A program made the position numbers and the translations under genes. A stretch of 63,832 bases of DNA, filler included, from an uncultured Thermoplasmatales archaeon (GTDB lineage: Archaea; Thermoplasmatota; E2; DHVEG-1): NCBI GenBank assembly GCA_964517155.1. It is 5 parts of 5 records of this genome, joined end to end, with 100 filler letters (N's around TTAATTAATTAA, not from the genome) between each part and the next. Parts side by side here need not be neighbours in the genome. Positions count along the whole stretch, not along the records: positions 1 to 24,179 come from CAZFAZ010000026.1; 4 more parts are not named here. One strand, written 5' to 3'. How positions within the stretch are numbered: position 1 is the first letter of the stretch; each line of letters starts with the position of its first letter. The notes beneath the pieces were generated by a model, which was not told the DNA's origin, ran no database searches, and saw only the letters and a list, made by a program, of their open reading frames with translations. Positions 10,529 through 20,776 of this stretch are shown one piece after another.

Positions 10529-11629
10529 ATGGTTAAAAAAGATTACAGCGAGGTTTTAACAAAAATTGATGCAATAGCAGAAAAAATATACACTGATTTT
10601 GAGCAAACAAAAATACCATATCTTAATCTACCGACAAGAACTAAGGCAAACATAAGATTTGATGATAAATTAAGCGTCTGGAAATATGGTAAAAACTCAA
10701 CAGAGAGAAACGCAAAATCACTAGATGGTGCATACATGCTTCTTAGAACCATGTACATGGCAGATTTTATAAAAGAAATGATTAAAGTAAATAAATCCTC
10801 AACACTTAGAGAAATGTATTATATTTCTGAAGGCTGGGACTTGGCAAAATTCAGTTCGCAAAACGAATCAAATCTACTTGCAGAAGATTTAGAAGTAATT
10901 ACAAGCTGCATGCGTGAAGATTTCAAGCTTAGGCCAGAAGAAGACGGAGCACGTGTAATAGGAAATGTGACTATAGAAGAAATGACACGAAATAATACAA
11001 AGAAAAAAATTCATTGTCAAGACGATGTAGGAGATGCAGGATACAGCATACCTTACAATGTTGAAAAAGAAAAAATAACAATTAAAGACTCAGATGCAGA
11101 TTTCATAGTTGCAATAGAAACAGGCGGTATGTTTGACAGACTTGTAGAAAATGGTTTTGATCAAGAAAGCAGAGCAATTCTTGTACATCTAAAAGGTCAA
11201 CCAGCTCGCTCAACACGCAGATTTATTAAAAGATTAAGCACTGAAAAAAACCTGCCAGTATTAGTTTTTACAGATTGTGACCCGTGGAGTTACCGTATTT
11301 TTGCAAGTGTAGCATATGGTGCAATAAAAACAGCACACATATCAGAATACCTTGCAACACCATCATCGCAATATCTAGGAGTGACACCTTCAGATATAGA
11401 AAACTATGATCTACCCACAGATAAACTTACAACAGAAGATATAAACGCTTTGAAAAGCGAGCTTACCGATCCAAGGTTTCAAGAAGCATTTTGGAAAGGA
11501 GAAATAAAACTACAATTAAAAATTGGTAAAAAATCAGAACAGCAGGCTCTTGCAAAATATGGTCTGGACTATGTAACAGATACCTATTTACCAGAAAAAC
11601 TATCTGAAATGGGAATTACAAAAAAATAA
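10529..11629 (+). CDS. top6A: DNA topoisomerase VI subunit A
   Basis: STLREMYY catalytic Tyr region, IETGGMFDRL, KGQP, D.DPW and KSEQQAL; directly after top6B. Confidence 0.97.
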   Translation: MVKKDYSEVLTKIDAIAEKIYTDFEQTKIPYLNLPTRTKANIRFDDKLSVWKYGKNSTERNAKSLDGAYMLLRTMYMADFIKEMIKVNKSSTLREMYYISEGWDLAKFSSQNESNLLAEDLEVITSCMREDFKLRPEEDGARVIGNVTIEEMTRNNTKKKIHCQDDVGDAGYSIPYNVEKEKITIKDSDADFIVAIETGGMFDRLVENGFDQESRAILVHLKGQPARSTRRFIKRLSTEKNLPVLVFTDCDPWSYRIFASVAYGAIKTAHISEYLATPSSQYLGVTPSDIENYDLPTDKLTTEDINALKSELTDPRFQEAFWKGEIKLQLKIGKKSEQQALAKYGLDYVTDTYLPEKLSEMGITKK

Positions 11630-11636
11630 AGAAAAA

Positions 11637-12113
11637 TTATTTTTCTATTTCTTTTGTTTCGTTTTTACTCCAGAGTTCACCAGGTGGTATCATAAGAGTT
11701 CTAAGACGTAAAACGTTATGAGAATCTATTTCAAAATAAGTTTTACTGAAAACTCCGCCTTCGACACCTTTAGGATGAGTAAAAACATGAACATGTTTTC
11801 CATTGATAAACTCTGGTTTAGGCTGTGATTTTTGTTTTATTTGTTTGTTTATATTTGAAAAACGATAATAAAATATAATTTCAAATAGGATAAAAACACC
11901 AATTATTGCACTTATTGCCAAAACCCAAGATTCAAAACTTAAACCTGCCCAATTATAAGCATAACCCCAGAATAAAACACCTGAAAAAACAATCAAAATC
12001 CATATTATTAAAATAATTCCTATCAAAAATAAGAGTTTAGTCATATTTGAATATTTTTTCCTAATTTTCTCTTCAAATTCGAGTAATTCTTCATTTTTTT
12101 GAAATTCAGACAT
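11637..12113 (-). CDS. Hypothetical membrane protein (2 TM plus a C-terminal soluble domain)
   Basis: Two hydrophobic helices, 158 aa. Confidence 0.7.
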   Translation of the reverse strand: MSEFQKNEELLEFEEKIRKKYSNMTKLLFLIGIILIIWILIVFSGVLFWGYAYNWAGLSFESWVLAISAIIGVFILFEIIFYYRFSNINKQIKQKSQPKPEFINGKHVHVFTHPKGVEGGVFSKTYFEIDSHNVLRLRTLMIPPGELWSKNETKEIEK

Positions 12114-12164
12114 GCTCTAACCCTTAAACATGTATTGTAATTAAAGTATTTTAAAACTTTCCAT

Positions 12165-12722
12165 TTATATTTTTTTAAAAAAATCAATTAATTTTTCAAG
12201 TGATTTACCGCGATGAGAAAAACTATTCTTTTCAGAAATATCCATTTCAGCAAAAGTCTTATCAAGATTTATAGGAATAAAAATAGGATCATAACCAAAA
12301 CCATTGCTACCGCGTTTTACAGTAGATATAAAACCTTTGCATTCACCGATAAAAAGCTCTGGCTTACAATCCGGTTTCCCATATGCAAAAACTGATCTAA
12401 AAACTGCTTTACGATTTTTAACATCTTTCATAAGTTTTAATACACCATCTAAACCAATTGTTTGATATACATATGCAGAATAAACACCAGGAAAACCAGC
12501 AAGTGCATCAATAAAAAGACCAGCATCTTCTAAAATAAAAGGTTGATTTAATCTATTTACAACATGCTCTACTCCAAAAACAGCTACTTGTTCAAGTGAA
12601 TGCGCTTGTATCTCAGGATAACCAATGTTTTTTTGAACAACATCGATATCTATTTCTGAAAATTTTTTCTGAGCCTCAGCAAGCTTACCTTTGTTGCTAG
12701 TTATAAAATAAATTTTCTTCAT
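12165..12722 (-). CDS. rdgB: XTP/dITP diphosphatase (Ham1/RdgB)
   Basis: TSNKGKL.E, EDAGLFIDAL.GFPGVYS, GFGYDPIF and SHRGK. Confidence 0.95.
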   Translation of the reverse strand: MKKIYFITSNKGKLAEAQKKFSEIDIDVVQKNIGYPEIQAHSLEQVAVFGVEHVVNRLNQPFILEDAGLFIDALAGFPGVYSAYVYQTIGLDGVLKLMKDVKNRKAVFRSVFAYGKPDCKPELFIGECKGFISTVKRGSNGFGYDPIFIPINLDKTFAEMDISEKNSFSHRGKSLEKLIDFFKKI

Positions 12723-13345
12723 CTATATCTTCCTCTTTTAACTATCTCATCAATTTTAAGAATTATTTTTTTAGATTCTGCACCATATGTTTTTTTGTAG
12801 CCTTCAAGAACATATTCAAAGCAATTAGAATGTTTAAAGTGAGTTGATTCAATTGCCTCAGTTAAAACATGTAAATCTACCCCTTTTGCTTCAATTTCAC
12901 TACTTTTTTCACCAAGTCCAAAATCAATAAAATAAATCATGTCCTCAAAAAGAATCATATTTGACGTAGTAATATCACCATGGATAATATCATTTTTATG
13001 AAGATTACCTATACTTTGCCCAATTTTTATACATAGTTTTTTACGCTCATCCTCAGAAATATCATTTAAAATATCTTTAACACGCTTGCCTTTAATATAA
13101 GACATAGTAATTACGCCTTTTTGTAAATCTACATCATAAATAATTGGAACACAAACACCACTCTGCCTTGCTTCACTAATTAGTTTTGCTTCCTCACGAG
13201 TTCTACTAAATATTAGCATATCATTTATTTTTTTTAGCCTGTATCCTTTATTTACACGTTTTTTTAAAACAACCTCAAAACCAAGATATTTTGAAACAAC
13301 AATTTCTGCTTCAGCACCCTTATACAAAATAGTTTTATCAGTCAC
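12719..13345 (-). CDS. bud32: KEOPS kinase Bud32
   Basis: GAEAEI, RTREEAK, HGDITTSN, IDFGL and RGRY C-terminus. Confidence 0.95.
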   Translation of the reverse strand: MTDKTILYKGAEAEIVVSKYLGFEVVLKKRVNKGYRLKKINDMLIFSRTREEAKLISEARQSGVCVPIIYDVDLQKGVITMSYIKGKRVKDILNDISEDERKKLCIKIGQSIGNLHKNDIIHGDITTSNMILFEDMIYFIDFGLGEKSSEIEAKGVDLHVLTEAIESTHFKHSNCFEYVLEGYKKTYGAESKKIILKIDEIVKRGRYR

Positions 13346-14333
13346 GCCAGGTCACATCCACCATATCAGTTCTAAAACGCTGATTAATAAAACTGTTTTC
13401 AACTTTCATTCTAACACCACTGTTATACATAAGAACACCAAGCCAAGCAATCATAGCACCATTATCAATACAAAGAGATTTATCAGGAACAAAAAAAGAA
13501 GCATTCCTTTCTTTAGCCATGATATTTACCATATCTCTAAGTCTTTTATTAGCAGCAACCCCGCCGCCTAAAAGAACCTGTTTTTTTTCTGTATGAGCCA
13601 TAGCACGCTCAGTAATTTCTGTTAATGCTGCAAAAGCGGTTTCTTGTAAAGAAAAACATATATCTTCTAGTTTTTCACCTTTTTTATAAAAAGTTTCAGC
13701 AGCTGTTAAAAGACCTGAAAAAGCTATATCCATACCTTTAATTGAGTAAGGTAAATCAAGGTATTTTGTAGCATTTAACGCAAGCTGCTCTATCTTAGGA
13801 CCACATGGAAAACTTAAATTTGCAGATCTTCCAAATTTATCAAGACAATTGCCAATTCCAACGTCTAGTGTTTCACCAAAAACACGATAACGGCCTTGAG
13901 CAAAAGCAATAACTTGAGTGTTAGCACCAGATGTATAAAGTAAAACAGGATCAATACAATCTTTTAAGGTTCCTCTGCCAATTTCAAGATGCGCAACACA
14001 GTGATTTACACCAATTATAGGTTTATCAAGTGATAATGATAAAGCCCTTGCAGCGGTTGCTGCGGTGCGAAGACAAGGACCAAGACCAGGGCCTTTTGAA
14101 AAAGAAACAAGATCGACATCTGCTATATCGATACCTGATTCTTTTACAGAATCACTGATAAGATCTGCGACATTAGCTGCATGATGATTTGCTGCTTCAC
14201 GAGGGTGAATACCACCTTTTTCAGGTTTGTAAATCTTAATTAAATTAGAAAGAACAATGCATTTATCGTTTTTTTCTTTTACAAGCCCTACACCTATTGA
14301 ATGAGCGGTGCCTTCAATTCCAAGACATATCAT
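13338..14333 (-). CDS. kae1: KEOPS t6A transferase Kae1
   Basis: LGIEGTAH, GGIHPREAANHH, VNHCVAH, GETLD and DNGAMIAW. Confidence 0.96.
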   Translation of the reverse strand: MICLGIEGTAHSIGVGLVKEKNDKCIVLSNLIKIYKPEKGGIHPREAANHHAANVADLISDSVKESGIDIADVDLVSFSKGPGLGPCLRTAATAARALSLSLDKPIIGVNHCVAHLEIGRGTLKDCIDPVLLYTSGANTQVIAFAQGRYRVFGETLDVGIGNCLDKFGRSANLSFPCGPKIEQLALNATKYLDLPYSIKGMDIAFSGLLTAAETFYKKGEKLEDICFSLQETAFAALTEITERAMAHTEKKQVLLGGGVAANKRLRDMVNIMAKERNASFFVPDKSLCIDNGAMIAWLGVLMYNSGVRMKVENSFINQRFRTDMVDVTWRD

Positions 14334-14394
14334 AAATAAAAAGCTGAAAAGCTAGGGCCATATAAAATAAATTTGGTTGAAAAAATCATTTTGT

Positions 14395-15075
14395 TTATTC
14401 TTCAACTATATATTCTTCTTCATAAAAACAGATAATACCTGTTTTAAACAAAATCAAAACAATTAAAATTATTGCTACTACTATCAGTATTGCATACATC
14501 AAGATGTTATCAAAAATACTATTTTTATATTCTAAAATTTCACCATTTAAATAGCTAAAATCCCAAATACAATCATTATCGATATCTATAAGATACATAT
14601 TATTTTCTTTTCCCAAATCACTGTAATAACCTTTTATAGGCTTGCAGATTTTATCATAAAAACCAGCTGATAAAGTATCTACTAAAAAGTAATCAACACC
14701 TGAGATATTAATAGATAAAACATCAGAATTATCCTTTGGATTTGAACCAAGAAACTCCTCATAAATATCTTTTAATCCATCACCATCATCATCAAGATCA
14801 CCTAAAAATTTACTATCAGGGGAATCTTCATCAGGCACGCCATCACCATCTGTATCTAATGGATAACTCTTTGAATCATTTGGATCTGTTTCATAAGATA
14901 ACTCCATGTAATCACTATAACCATCACCCTCTGAATCTAAGACCTCAGATGATTGAGCATAAATGCAAACTGATGAAAACAAAAAACAAAGAATAATGAA
15001 ACTAAAAAACAATAAAAAAACACGTTTTTTCTTCTTTAGACTATTTCTAAATTTATACATTATTTTGCATCCCAT
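14395..15075 (-). CDS. Secreted, membrane-anchored protein with Ca-binding DxDGDG (thrombospondin type 3-like) repeats
   Basis: Signal peptide; DSEGDGYSD, DTDGDGVPD and DDDGDGLKD; C-terminal TM. Confidence 0.7.
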   Translation of the reverse strand: MGCKIMYKFRNSLKKKKRVFLLFFSFIILCFLFSSVCIYAQSSEVLDSEGDGYSDYMELSYETDPNDSKSYPLDTDGDGVPDEDSPDSKFLGDLDDDGDGLKDIYEEFLGSNPKDNSDVLSINISGVDYFLVDTLSAGFYDKICKPIKGYYSDLGKENNMYLIDIDNDCIWDFSYLNGEILEYKNSIFDNILMYAILIVVAIILIVLILFKTGIICFYEEEYIVEE

Positions 15076-15183
15076 CTAATTAAATTAATTAATTTTTTTA
15101 ACAATGAAAAATCATGTATTTGATATTTAAATCTTTTTTAGGTTTTGTTATACATGATCTTAAGAACATTTCAAAAAAAGGTT

Positions 15184-18100
15184 TTATTTATTTATTCCGA
15201 TCTCTAATTTAATTTCATCAACTTCCCATTTTTTTACAAGTTTACCAGAAGGCTTATCAACAAAAGTAAGGCTTTTAGATCTTGTCTCACCTTTAATATA
15301 TTCAAACCAATCTTTAAGAGAATTAACTAAATTTGAATCAAGTTTAACCTGCGTAACAATTCTATCTTCAACAACTAAATCAAGTTCTTTTCTCATAGAT
15401 TGAATTCTTCTAACAAGTTCTCTTGCAAGACCTTCAGCCTCAAGCTCAGGAGTTAAAGTTGTATCTAAAATAAGTACAACATCATCAGTCTGAGTTCTTG
15501 CGATATGTTCTTTTTCAGTTTCAACAACTAAAAAATCATCAACAGTAAGAATAATTTTTTCTGAACCAATCTTTAGCTCAATTTTTTCTTTTTTATTTAA
15601 TTTTTCAAACAAATCTTTTTTATCAAATGATTCAATTTTTTCTACAATATCTCTTGCCTTCTGCTTGTATCTAGGACCAAGTTTTGAATGATCAGGCTTA
15701 TACGTTTTAGTCATAAACTTAGAAGTATCTTTCTCAAAGCTGATTTTTTTAACATTTATTTCTTCATTTAAAAGATCAAGTAGCTCTTTTATCTGCCCCT
15801 CAACTTTTTTATCACAGATAAGTGATGCAGAGCTAAGCGGACATCTAACTTTAATGCCAATTTTTGATCTAAGCGCACGCCCAACTTCTACAAGAGCACG
15901 TATTTTTTGCATGCCTTCTTCTAAATCTGCATCTATAAGTTTTTTGTCAACTTTTAGATAATCACAAAGATGAATACTCTCAGGCATATTTTGTGTTTTA
16001 AGATTCTGATAAATCTCCTCAGTGATAAAAGGAACAAATGGTGCGATAATCTTAGAAAGTCCCATGAATATTTCATACATTGTAGAATAACCTGCAAGTT
16101 TATCAATTGTTTTTTCCTCAACCCAAAGTCTTTTTCGTGAGCGGCGTAAATACCAGTTACTAAAATCTTCAACTACAAAATATTCAACAGCTCGTGCTGC
16201 TTTATGGGTTTCAAAAGTTTGCATGTATTTTTCTAGTTCATTTAAAGTCTGATGAAAACGACTAAGTATCCATTTATCAAGAAGCTGTCTTTTCCCAATA
16301 GGAACTATATCTTTCCCAGGGTTGAATTTATCAAGGGATGCATATGTTGCAAAAAAGTTATAAGAATTCCAATAAGTCAAAATAAATTTACCAAGTGTAT
16401 CTTTTACAGCCTGCTCAAAAAACCTTGTAGAATTCCATGGAGCATTAGCAGATAACAAATACCAGCGAAGAGCATCAGCACCTTCATTTTCAAGTATGAT
16501 ATTTGGATCAACATAATTTCTTTTACTCTTACTCATTTTCTGATTATTTTCATCAAGAACAAGCCCTAACGTTAACACGTTTTTATAGGGACGCTCATCA
16601 AATAAAAAAGTAGAAATTGCAAGAAGCGAATAAAACCAACCTCGGGTTTGATCAAGTGCTTCAGAGATAAAATCAACAGGATAATTTTTCTTAAATTCAA
16701 CTTCATTTTCAAAGGGATAATGCCACTGAGCAAAAAACGCAGAACCACTATCATACCAACAATCAATTACCTCTTCTTCACGTTTCATAAAAGAATTGCA
16801 TTTAGGACATTTTATGATAAGTTCATCAACAAGCGGCCTGTGAAGATCATACTCTTCTGGAAAGTTCTCACTAAGTTTTTTAAGTTCTTCAACACTTCCA
16901 ACACATATCTCATGTTTACATTTTTTATTTGTACAAGTCCAAATAGGAAGAGGTGTACCCCAATAACGCTTACGGGAAAGAGCCCAATCTTTGACTTCAC
17001 GGATGAAATCACCAAAACGACCCTGCTGCAAATGCTTAGGATACCAGTTAATATTATTATTATTTCTAACAAGTGACTCCTGAACTTTTGTCATAGCAAT
17101 AAACCAGGATTCCATAGCATAATAAAGCAGAGGTGAATCACAACGCCAGCAAAACGGATACTCATGAGTATGCTCATGAACACCCTCGAGCAAGCCACGT
17201 TTTTCAAGATGTTTAATAATTTTTGGATCTGCATCTTTTACAAACTCATCACACCATTCTTTAACTTCAGATGGAAAAGTACCATTAAGTTTAACAAGCT
17301 GAATAACAGGCAAATCATATTTCTTTCCAACATTATAATCATCTTCACCAAAAGCAGGTGCAATATGAACAATACCTGTTCCATCGTCCATTGAAACAAA
17401 ATCAGCAAGAACCACATACCATGCTTTTTTTTCAGGTTTAACATAGTTAAAAAGCGGTTCATACTCAATTTTTTCAAGCTCTTTACCTTTAAAATAATCT
17501 AGATGCTCAAATTCTTCACCTTTCAAAAGAACAGATGCACGCTCTTCTGCAAGAATTAAAACTTGGCCTTTAAGTCTAATCTTTAGATAATTCTCATTAG
17601 GATTAACAGCTAGTGCAACATTTGAAATCAAAGTCCAAGGTGTTGTCGTCCAAGCAAGAAAATATTCATCTTTTTCTTTAAGCTTAAATTTTACAAAAAT
17701 AGATGGATCATTTACTGTTTTATAACCTTGTGAAATTTCATGAGCAGAAAGTGCTGTACCACAGCGCGGACAATAAGGGACAACCTTATGACCTTTATAC
17801 AATAATTTTTTTTCCCATGCCTGCTTAAGCGACCACCAAACAGATTCAATATAATCATTTCTAAGCGTGACATATGGGTTGTTCATATCAAGCCAAAAAC
17901 CTATGCGCTTAGTCATTTCAACCCATACATTTTCATATTTGAAAACACATTTTTTACATTCCTGGTTAAACTTTTTAATACTGTATTCTTCAATTTGTTG
18001 TTTATCTTCAAGACCTAGTTCTTTCTCAACTTCAATTTCAACAGGAAGCCCATGTGTATCCCAACCTGCTTTACGCAAAATATAATGACCATTCATTGCT

Positions 18101-18315
18101 TGATAACGCAAAATCAAATCCTTCATAACACGTGTAAGAATATGACCTGGATGAGGCATACCATTAGCAGTTGGAGGACCCTCAAGAAAAACATAAGGTT
18201 TACAGTTTTTCCTCTGCTCTATTGACTTTTTGAAAATATCTTTTTCTTCCCAAAACTGAAGAACTTTTTTTTCAACATCACTTGGATTGTATTTCTGTGG
18301 AGGTGAATTAATCAT
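15184..18315 (-). CDS. ileS: Isoleucine--tRNA ligase (archaeal/eukaryotic type)
   Basis: EGPPTANGMPHPGH, GWDTHGLPVE, WTTTPWTL, DQTRGWFY and KMSKS. Confidence 0.98.
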   Translation of the reverse strand: MINSPPQKYNPSDVEKKVLQFWEEKDIFKKSIEQRKNCKPYVFLEGPPTANGMPHPGHILTRVMKDLILRYQAMNGHYILRKAGWDTHGLPVEIEVEKELGLEDKQQIEEYSIKKFNQECKKCVFKYENVWVEMTKRIGFWLDMNNPYVTLRNDYIESVWWSLKQAWEKKLLYKGHKVVPYCPRCGTALSAHEISQGYKTVNDPSIFVKFKLKEKDEYFLAWTTTPWTLISNVALAVNPNENYLKIRLKGQVLILAEERASVLLKGEEFEHLDYFKGKELEKIEYEPLFNYVKPEKKAWYVVLADFVSMDDGTGIVHIAPAFGEDDYNVGKKYDLPVIQLVKLNGTFPSEVKEWCDEFVKDADPKIIKHLEKRGLLEGVHEHTHEYPFCWRCDSPLLYYAMESWFIAMTKVQESLVRNNNNINWYPKHLQQGRFGDFIREVKDWALSRKRYWGTPLPIWTCTNKKCKHEICVGSVEELKKLSENFPEEYDLHRPLVDELIIKCPKCNSFMKREEEVIDCWYDSGSAFFAQWHYPFENEVEFKKNYPVDFISEALDQTRGWFYSLLAISTFLFDERPYKNVLTLGLVLDENNQKMSKSKRNYVDPNIILENEGADALRWYLLSANAPWNSTRFFEQAVKDTLGKFILTYWNSYNFFATYASLDKFNPGKDIVPIGKRQLLDKWILSRFHQTLNELEKYMQTFETHKAARAVEYFVVEDFSNWYLRRSRKRLWVEEKTIDKLAGYSTMYEIFMGLSKIIAPFVPFITEEIYQNLKTQNMPESIHLCDYLKVDKKLIDADLEEGMQKIRALVEVGRALRSKIGIKVRCPLSSASLICDKKVEGQIKELLDLLNEEINVKKISFEKDTSKFMTKTYKPDHSKLGPRYKQKARDIVEKIESFDKKDLFEKLNKKEKIELKIGSEKIILTVDDFLVVETEKEHIARTQTDDVVLILDTTLTPELEAEGLARELVRRIQSMRKELDLVVEDRIVTQVKLDSNLVNSLKDWFEYIKGETRSKSLTFVDKPSGKLVKKWEVDEIKLEIGINK

Positions 18316-18390
18316 CTATTACACCAAACAAATTTTAATTTTCTGCACCCTAATAATAGAAGACTATTAAAACGATTTCTATCAAAAAAA

Positions 18391-19701
18391 CTAGTAATTT
18401 CTTATATCATCTGCTTTCATAAATTCACGCAGTAAAGAAGTAGCATAGCTTCCTTTTTCAAGCTGGAATTTTAAAAACAATGCTTTTTTTCCAGATGATA
18501 TATTATCATCTATTATTTTAAAATCAAAATCCGTAACAAAACCAACAATAGATCTTCTAGAGCCAGATGAAGAAATAAAAGGAATCTCAGGTATAATAAA
18601 ATCCCTTGGATTAAAATTTTCAGATTCAATAACCTTCTGCTCTATTTCACCCATCTCACCTTCTGAAAAAACAGAATCATATCCAAATAAAACAGTACTT
18701 ACAGCAGCTTTACCTTTAGAAATCTGAAAATTAACTTTATCAATATTATTTTTTGTAACAGGAATTGGCAGTTCATCAAATGCTCCTTTTCTAAAAGCAA
18801 GAACAACATCACCTTCAACTGCTTGATTTAAAGGCAAACCTTTCGCAAGTCTCATACTTAAAATACAATTAAAAAGATATGATTGATAAGCATAAACAAA
18901 CATTGTTAAAAGATTTTTAGGAAGCTCTTTTAATCCTCCAACAAAATCATCAGGGTTTACAACAAGTTTATTTAAAATTGCTTTTTCAAAACTAAGACGA
19001 TTAGGATAAATCTTAAGAGCCTGCGAAAAATCTCTTGTTTTTTCAAGATTACTCCTTAAATTAAAGGTTTCTTCATCTTCGCCTTTTATAGGATTTGCAA
19101 TATAGGTCATTGCTGCTTTTTCAAAATCACCATTTACAATATGTTTACCAACGATATGTGTAATTGGTCTTATAATTCCAAAACGCTGTATTCCAAAAAA
19201 ATTAGGAAAGCCGCCGTTATCCTTGATTACTGAAGCTATCTCCAAAACTTGTTTAGATGTTAAGTTCTGTTTTATACCTCTTAGAATTATCTCAAAATAA
19301 TTACCATTTAAACTACCAAGTTTTATCGGTTTATCTGACTGATAAACATTTTTAAGTTCAACATTTTTAATTTTTATATCTTTTATTTTTTCTAAAGGAA
19401 CATTAAAAAAAGACATAGCCTGCGTTGTTTTGGCTCGTTTATCTTTAGTACCTGCAAAATTTATTCTTTGTTTGGATATATGCAAACGATCAGATAATTC
19501 TCTTATAAGTAGATTTGTTTCCCAAGATGTACAAGTTATCTCTGCAATAGTAAATTTACCGCCTTTTTTTTCTGGTGGAAGAATAGATATTTCTTTTACT
19601 AGAAAATCTTCTGGTTTTACTCTTAATTTTCCACCAAGACCAGGCTTTTGTGTTAAAAAAATTTTGATACCTATTTTTTTTTCAATTTCTAAAACTTTCA
19701 T
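18391..19701 (-). CDS. truD: tRNA pseudouridine(13) synthase
   Basis: PEDF.V.E, AGTKDKRA.T.Q, PNFFG.QRFG and GSYATSLLRE. Confidence 0.95.
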   Translation of the reverse strand: MKVLEIEKKIGIKIFLTQKPGLGGKLRVKPEDFLVKEISILPPEKKGGKFTIAEITCTSWETNLLIRELSDRLHISKQRINFAGTKDKRAKTTQAMSFFNVPLEKIKDIKIKNVELKNVYQSDKPIKLGSLNGNYFEIILRGIKQNLTSKQVLEIASVIKDNGGFPNFFGIQRFGIIRPITHIVGKHIVNGDFEKAAMTYIANPIKGEDEETFNLRSNLEKTRDFSQALKIYPNRLSFEKAILNKLVVNPDDFVGGLKELPKNLLTMFVYAYQSYLFNCILSMRLAKGLPLNQAVEGDVVLAFRKGAFDELPIPVTKNNIDKVNFQISKGKAAVSTVLFGYDSVFSEGEMGEIEQKVIESENFNPRDFIIPEIPFISSSGSRRSIVGFVTDFDFKIIDDNISSGKKALFLKFQLEKGSYATSLLREFMKADDIRNY

Positions 19702-19986
19702 TTATTTTTTACTCTTGTTTTTATCCTGGAAATTTTTACTAAATGTTTTTACTTCATCTTCAAGTTGTTTTACTGCTTTTAAAAGTATTTCTTCAGGTTT
19801 ACCATTTTTCACACGTAAGTATAATGTTCTTGTTTTTGATTCAGGGTGATTTGCCATATATGAAGCATATTCTACATCTTTGTTTTGTAGTAAAACTTCA
19901 GTTATAGGGTTAAGAATTGTTTCATTTTCATCGGTTATCTCAAGTTCTAGTTCTTTTGTCGTTTTCTTTATAGTTTTCATTTCCAT
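19702..19986 (-). CDS. rpoL: RNA polymerase subunit Rpo11 (L)
   Basis: ENETILNPI...L, V.YASY...HPE; conserved csl4-rpoL context. Confidence 0.88.
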   Translation of the reverse strand: MEMKTIKKTTKELELEITDENETILNPITEVLLQNKDVEYASYMANHPESKTRTLYLRVKNGKPEEILLKAVKQLEDEVKTFSKNFQDKNKSKK

Positions 19987-20027
19987 TTTTAATCACTCTT
20001 CTTTAATATTAATATTTTTAATATATT

Positions 20028-20600
20028 TTAAAGTTTATCGATATCGTAATTACCGTAATCTAATGCAGTTTTTCTTTTCTCTTTGTTGTTACAGTTTATG
20101 CATTCAAGCATGTTTCCTTTTAACTCAAGTGATCCTCTGCATTTAGAGCATGCTGCTTTGATCACGCCTAGATCTCTATCTTTAGTTGCAAGTTGTAAAC
20201 TTGGTTTTACCTGAGTTACCTTTGCTCGTATTATATCTCCTGAAGAATATTCTGTTGCAGGGTCTTTTGTGTAACCATTTGATATCTCGGAAACTCTTAA
20301 TGTTGCGTTTGTGTCACCTGAAACCTGTCTATTTTTACCAGTTACATGGATTACATCTGCAATTATCATGTTTGATCTAACTGAGTTTACTTTTGCAAGT
20401 ACAATATCCCCTCTTTTAATTTCAACAGGAGTACTTGTCAAAGGTTTTATTTTTGCACGTCTGTTTTTTGCATCTATTTCATATATTCCTAATCTTGATG
20501 CGCGAATTACTCCGTTATCTTCATATGTTCCATCACCTGGCATTAGTTCTTCTGTAGTTGCTACTTGTTCACCAGGCAGCATAATTTTGTTTTTTGACAT
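20028..20600 (-). CDS. csl4: Exosome RNA-binding protein Csl4
   Basis: PGE...EE.MPGDGTY, S1 domain, C-terminal Zn ribbon CSKC...CINC. Confidence 0.93.
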   Translation of the reverse strand: MSKNKIMLPGEQVATTEELMPGDGTYEDNGVIRASRLGIYEIDAKNRRAKIKPLTSTPVEIKRGDIVLAKVNSVRSNMIIADVIHVTGKNRQVSGDTNATLRVSEISNGYTKDPATEYSSGDIIRAKVTQVKPSLQLATKDRDLGVIKAACSKCRGSLELKGNMLECINCNNKEKRKTALDYGNYDIDKL

Positions 20601-20776
20601 TTATTCACCTTTAATGTGTACTTAGGGCAATTCTAACTGTGTTTTAAATTTTGTGGTGTAATATTTATTACTATTTTTTATATGATAAATAACATACAAA
20701 TTAAAAAATGTTTTATTTATAAAAACATAAAAAACATGGTTTGGCATTATGTTTTTTAGTTTAATCTTGAAAATAA

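Noticed and set aside
12719..14333. Kae1/Bud32 split as a frameshifted fusion gene
   Set aside because: Both ORFs are complete with an ordinary 8-nt overlap; separate genes are common in archaea
14736..14996. Poly-His ORF on the plus strand
   Set aside because: Antisense shadow of GAT/GGT-rich DxDGDG repeats
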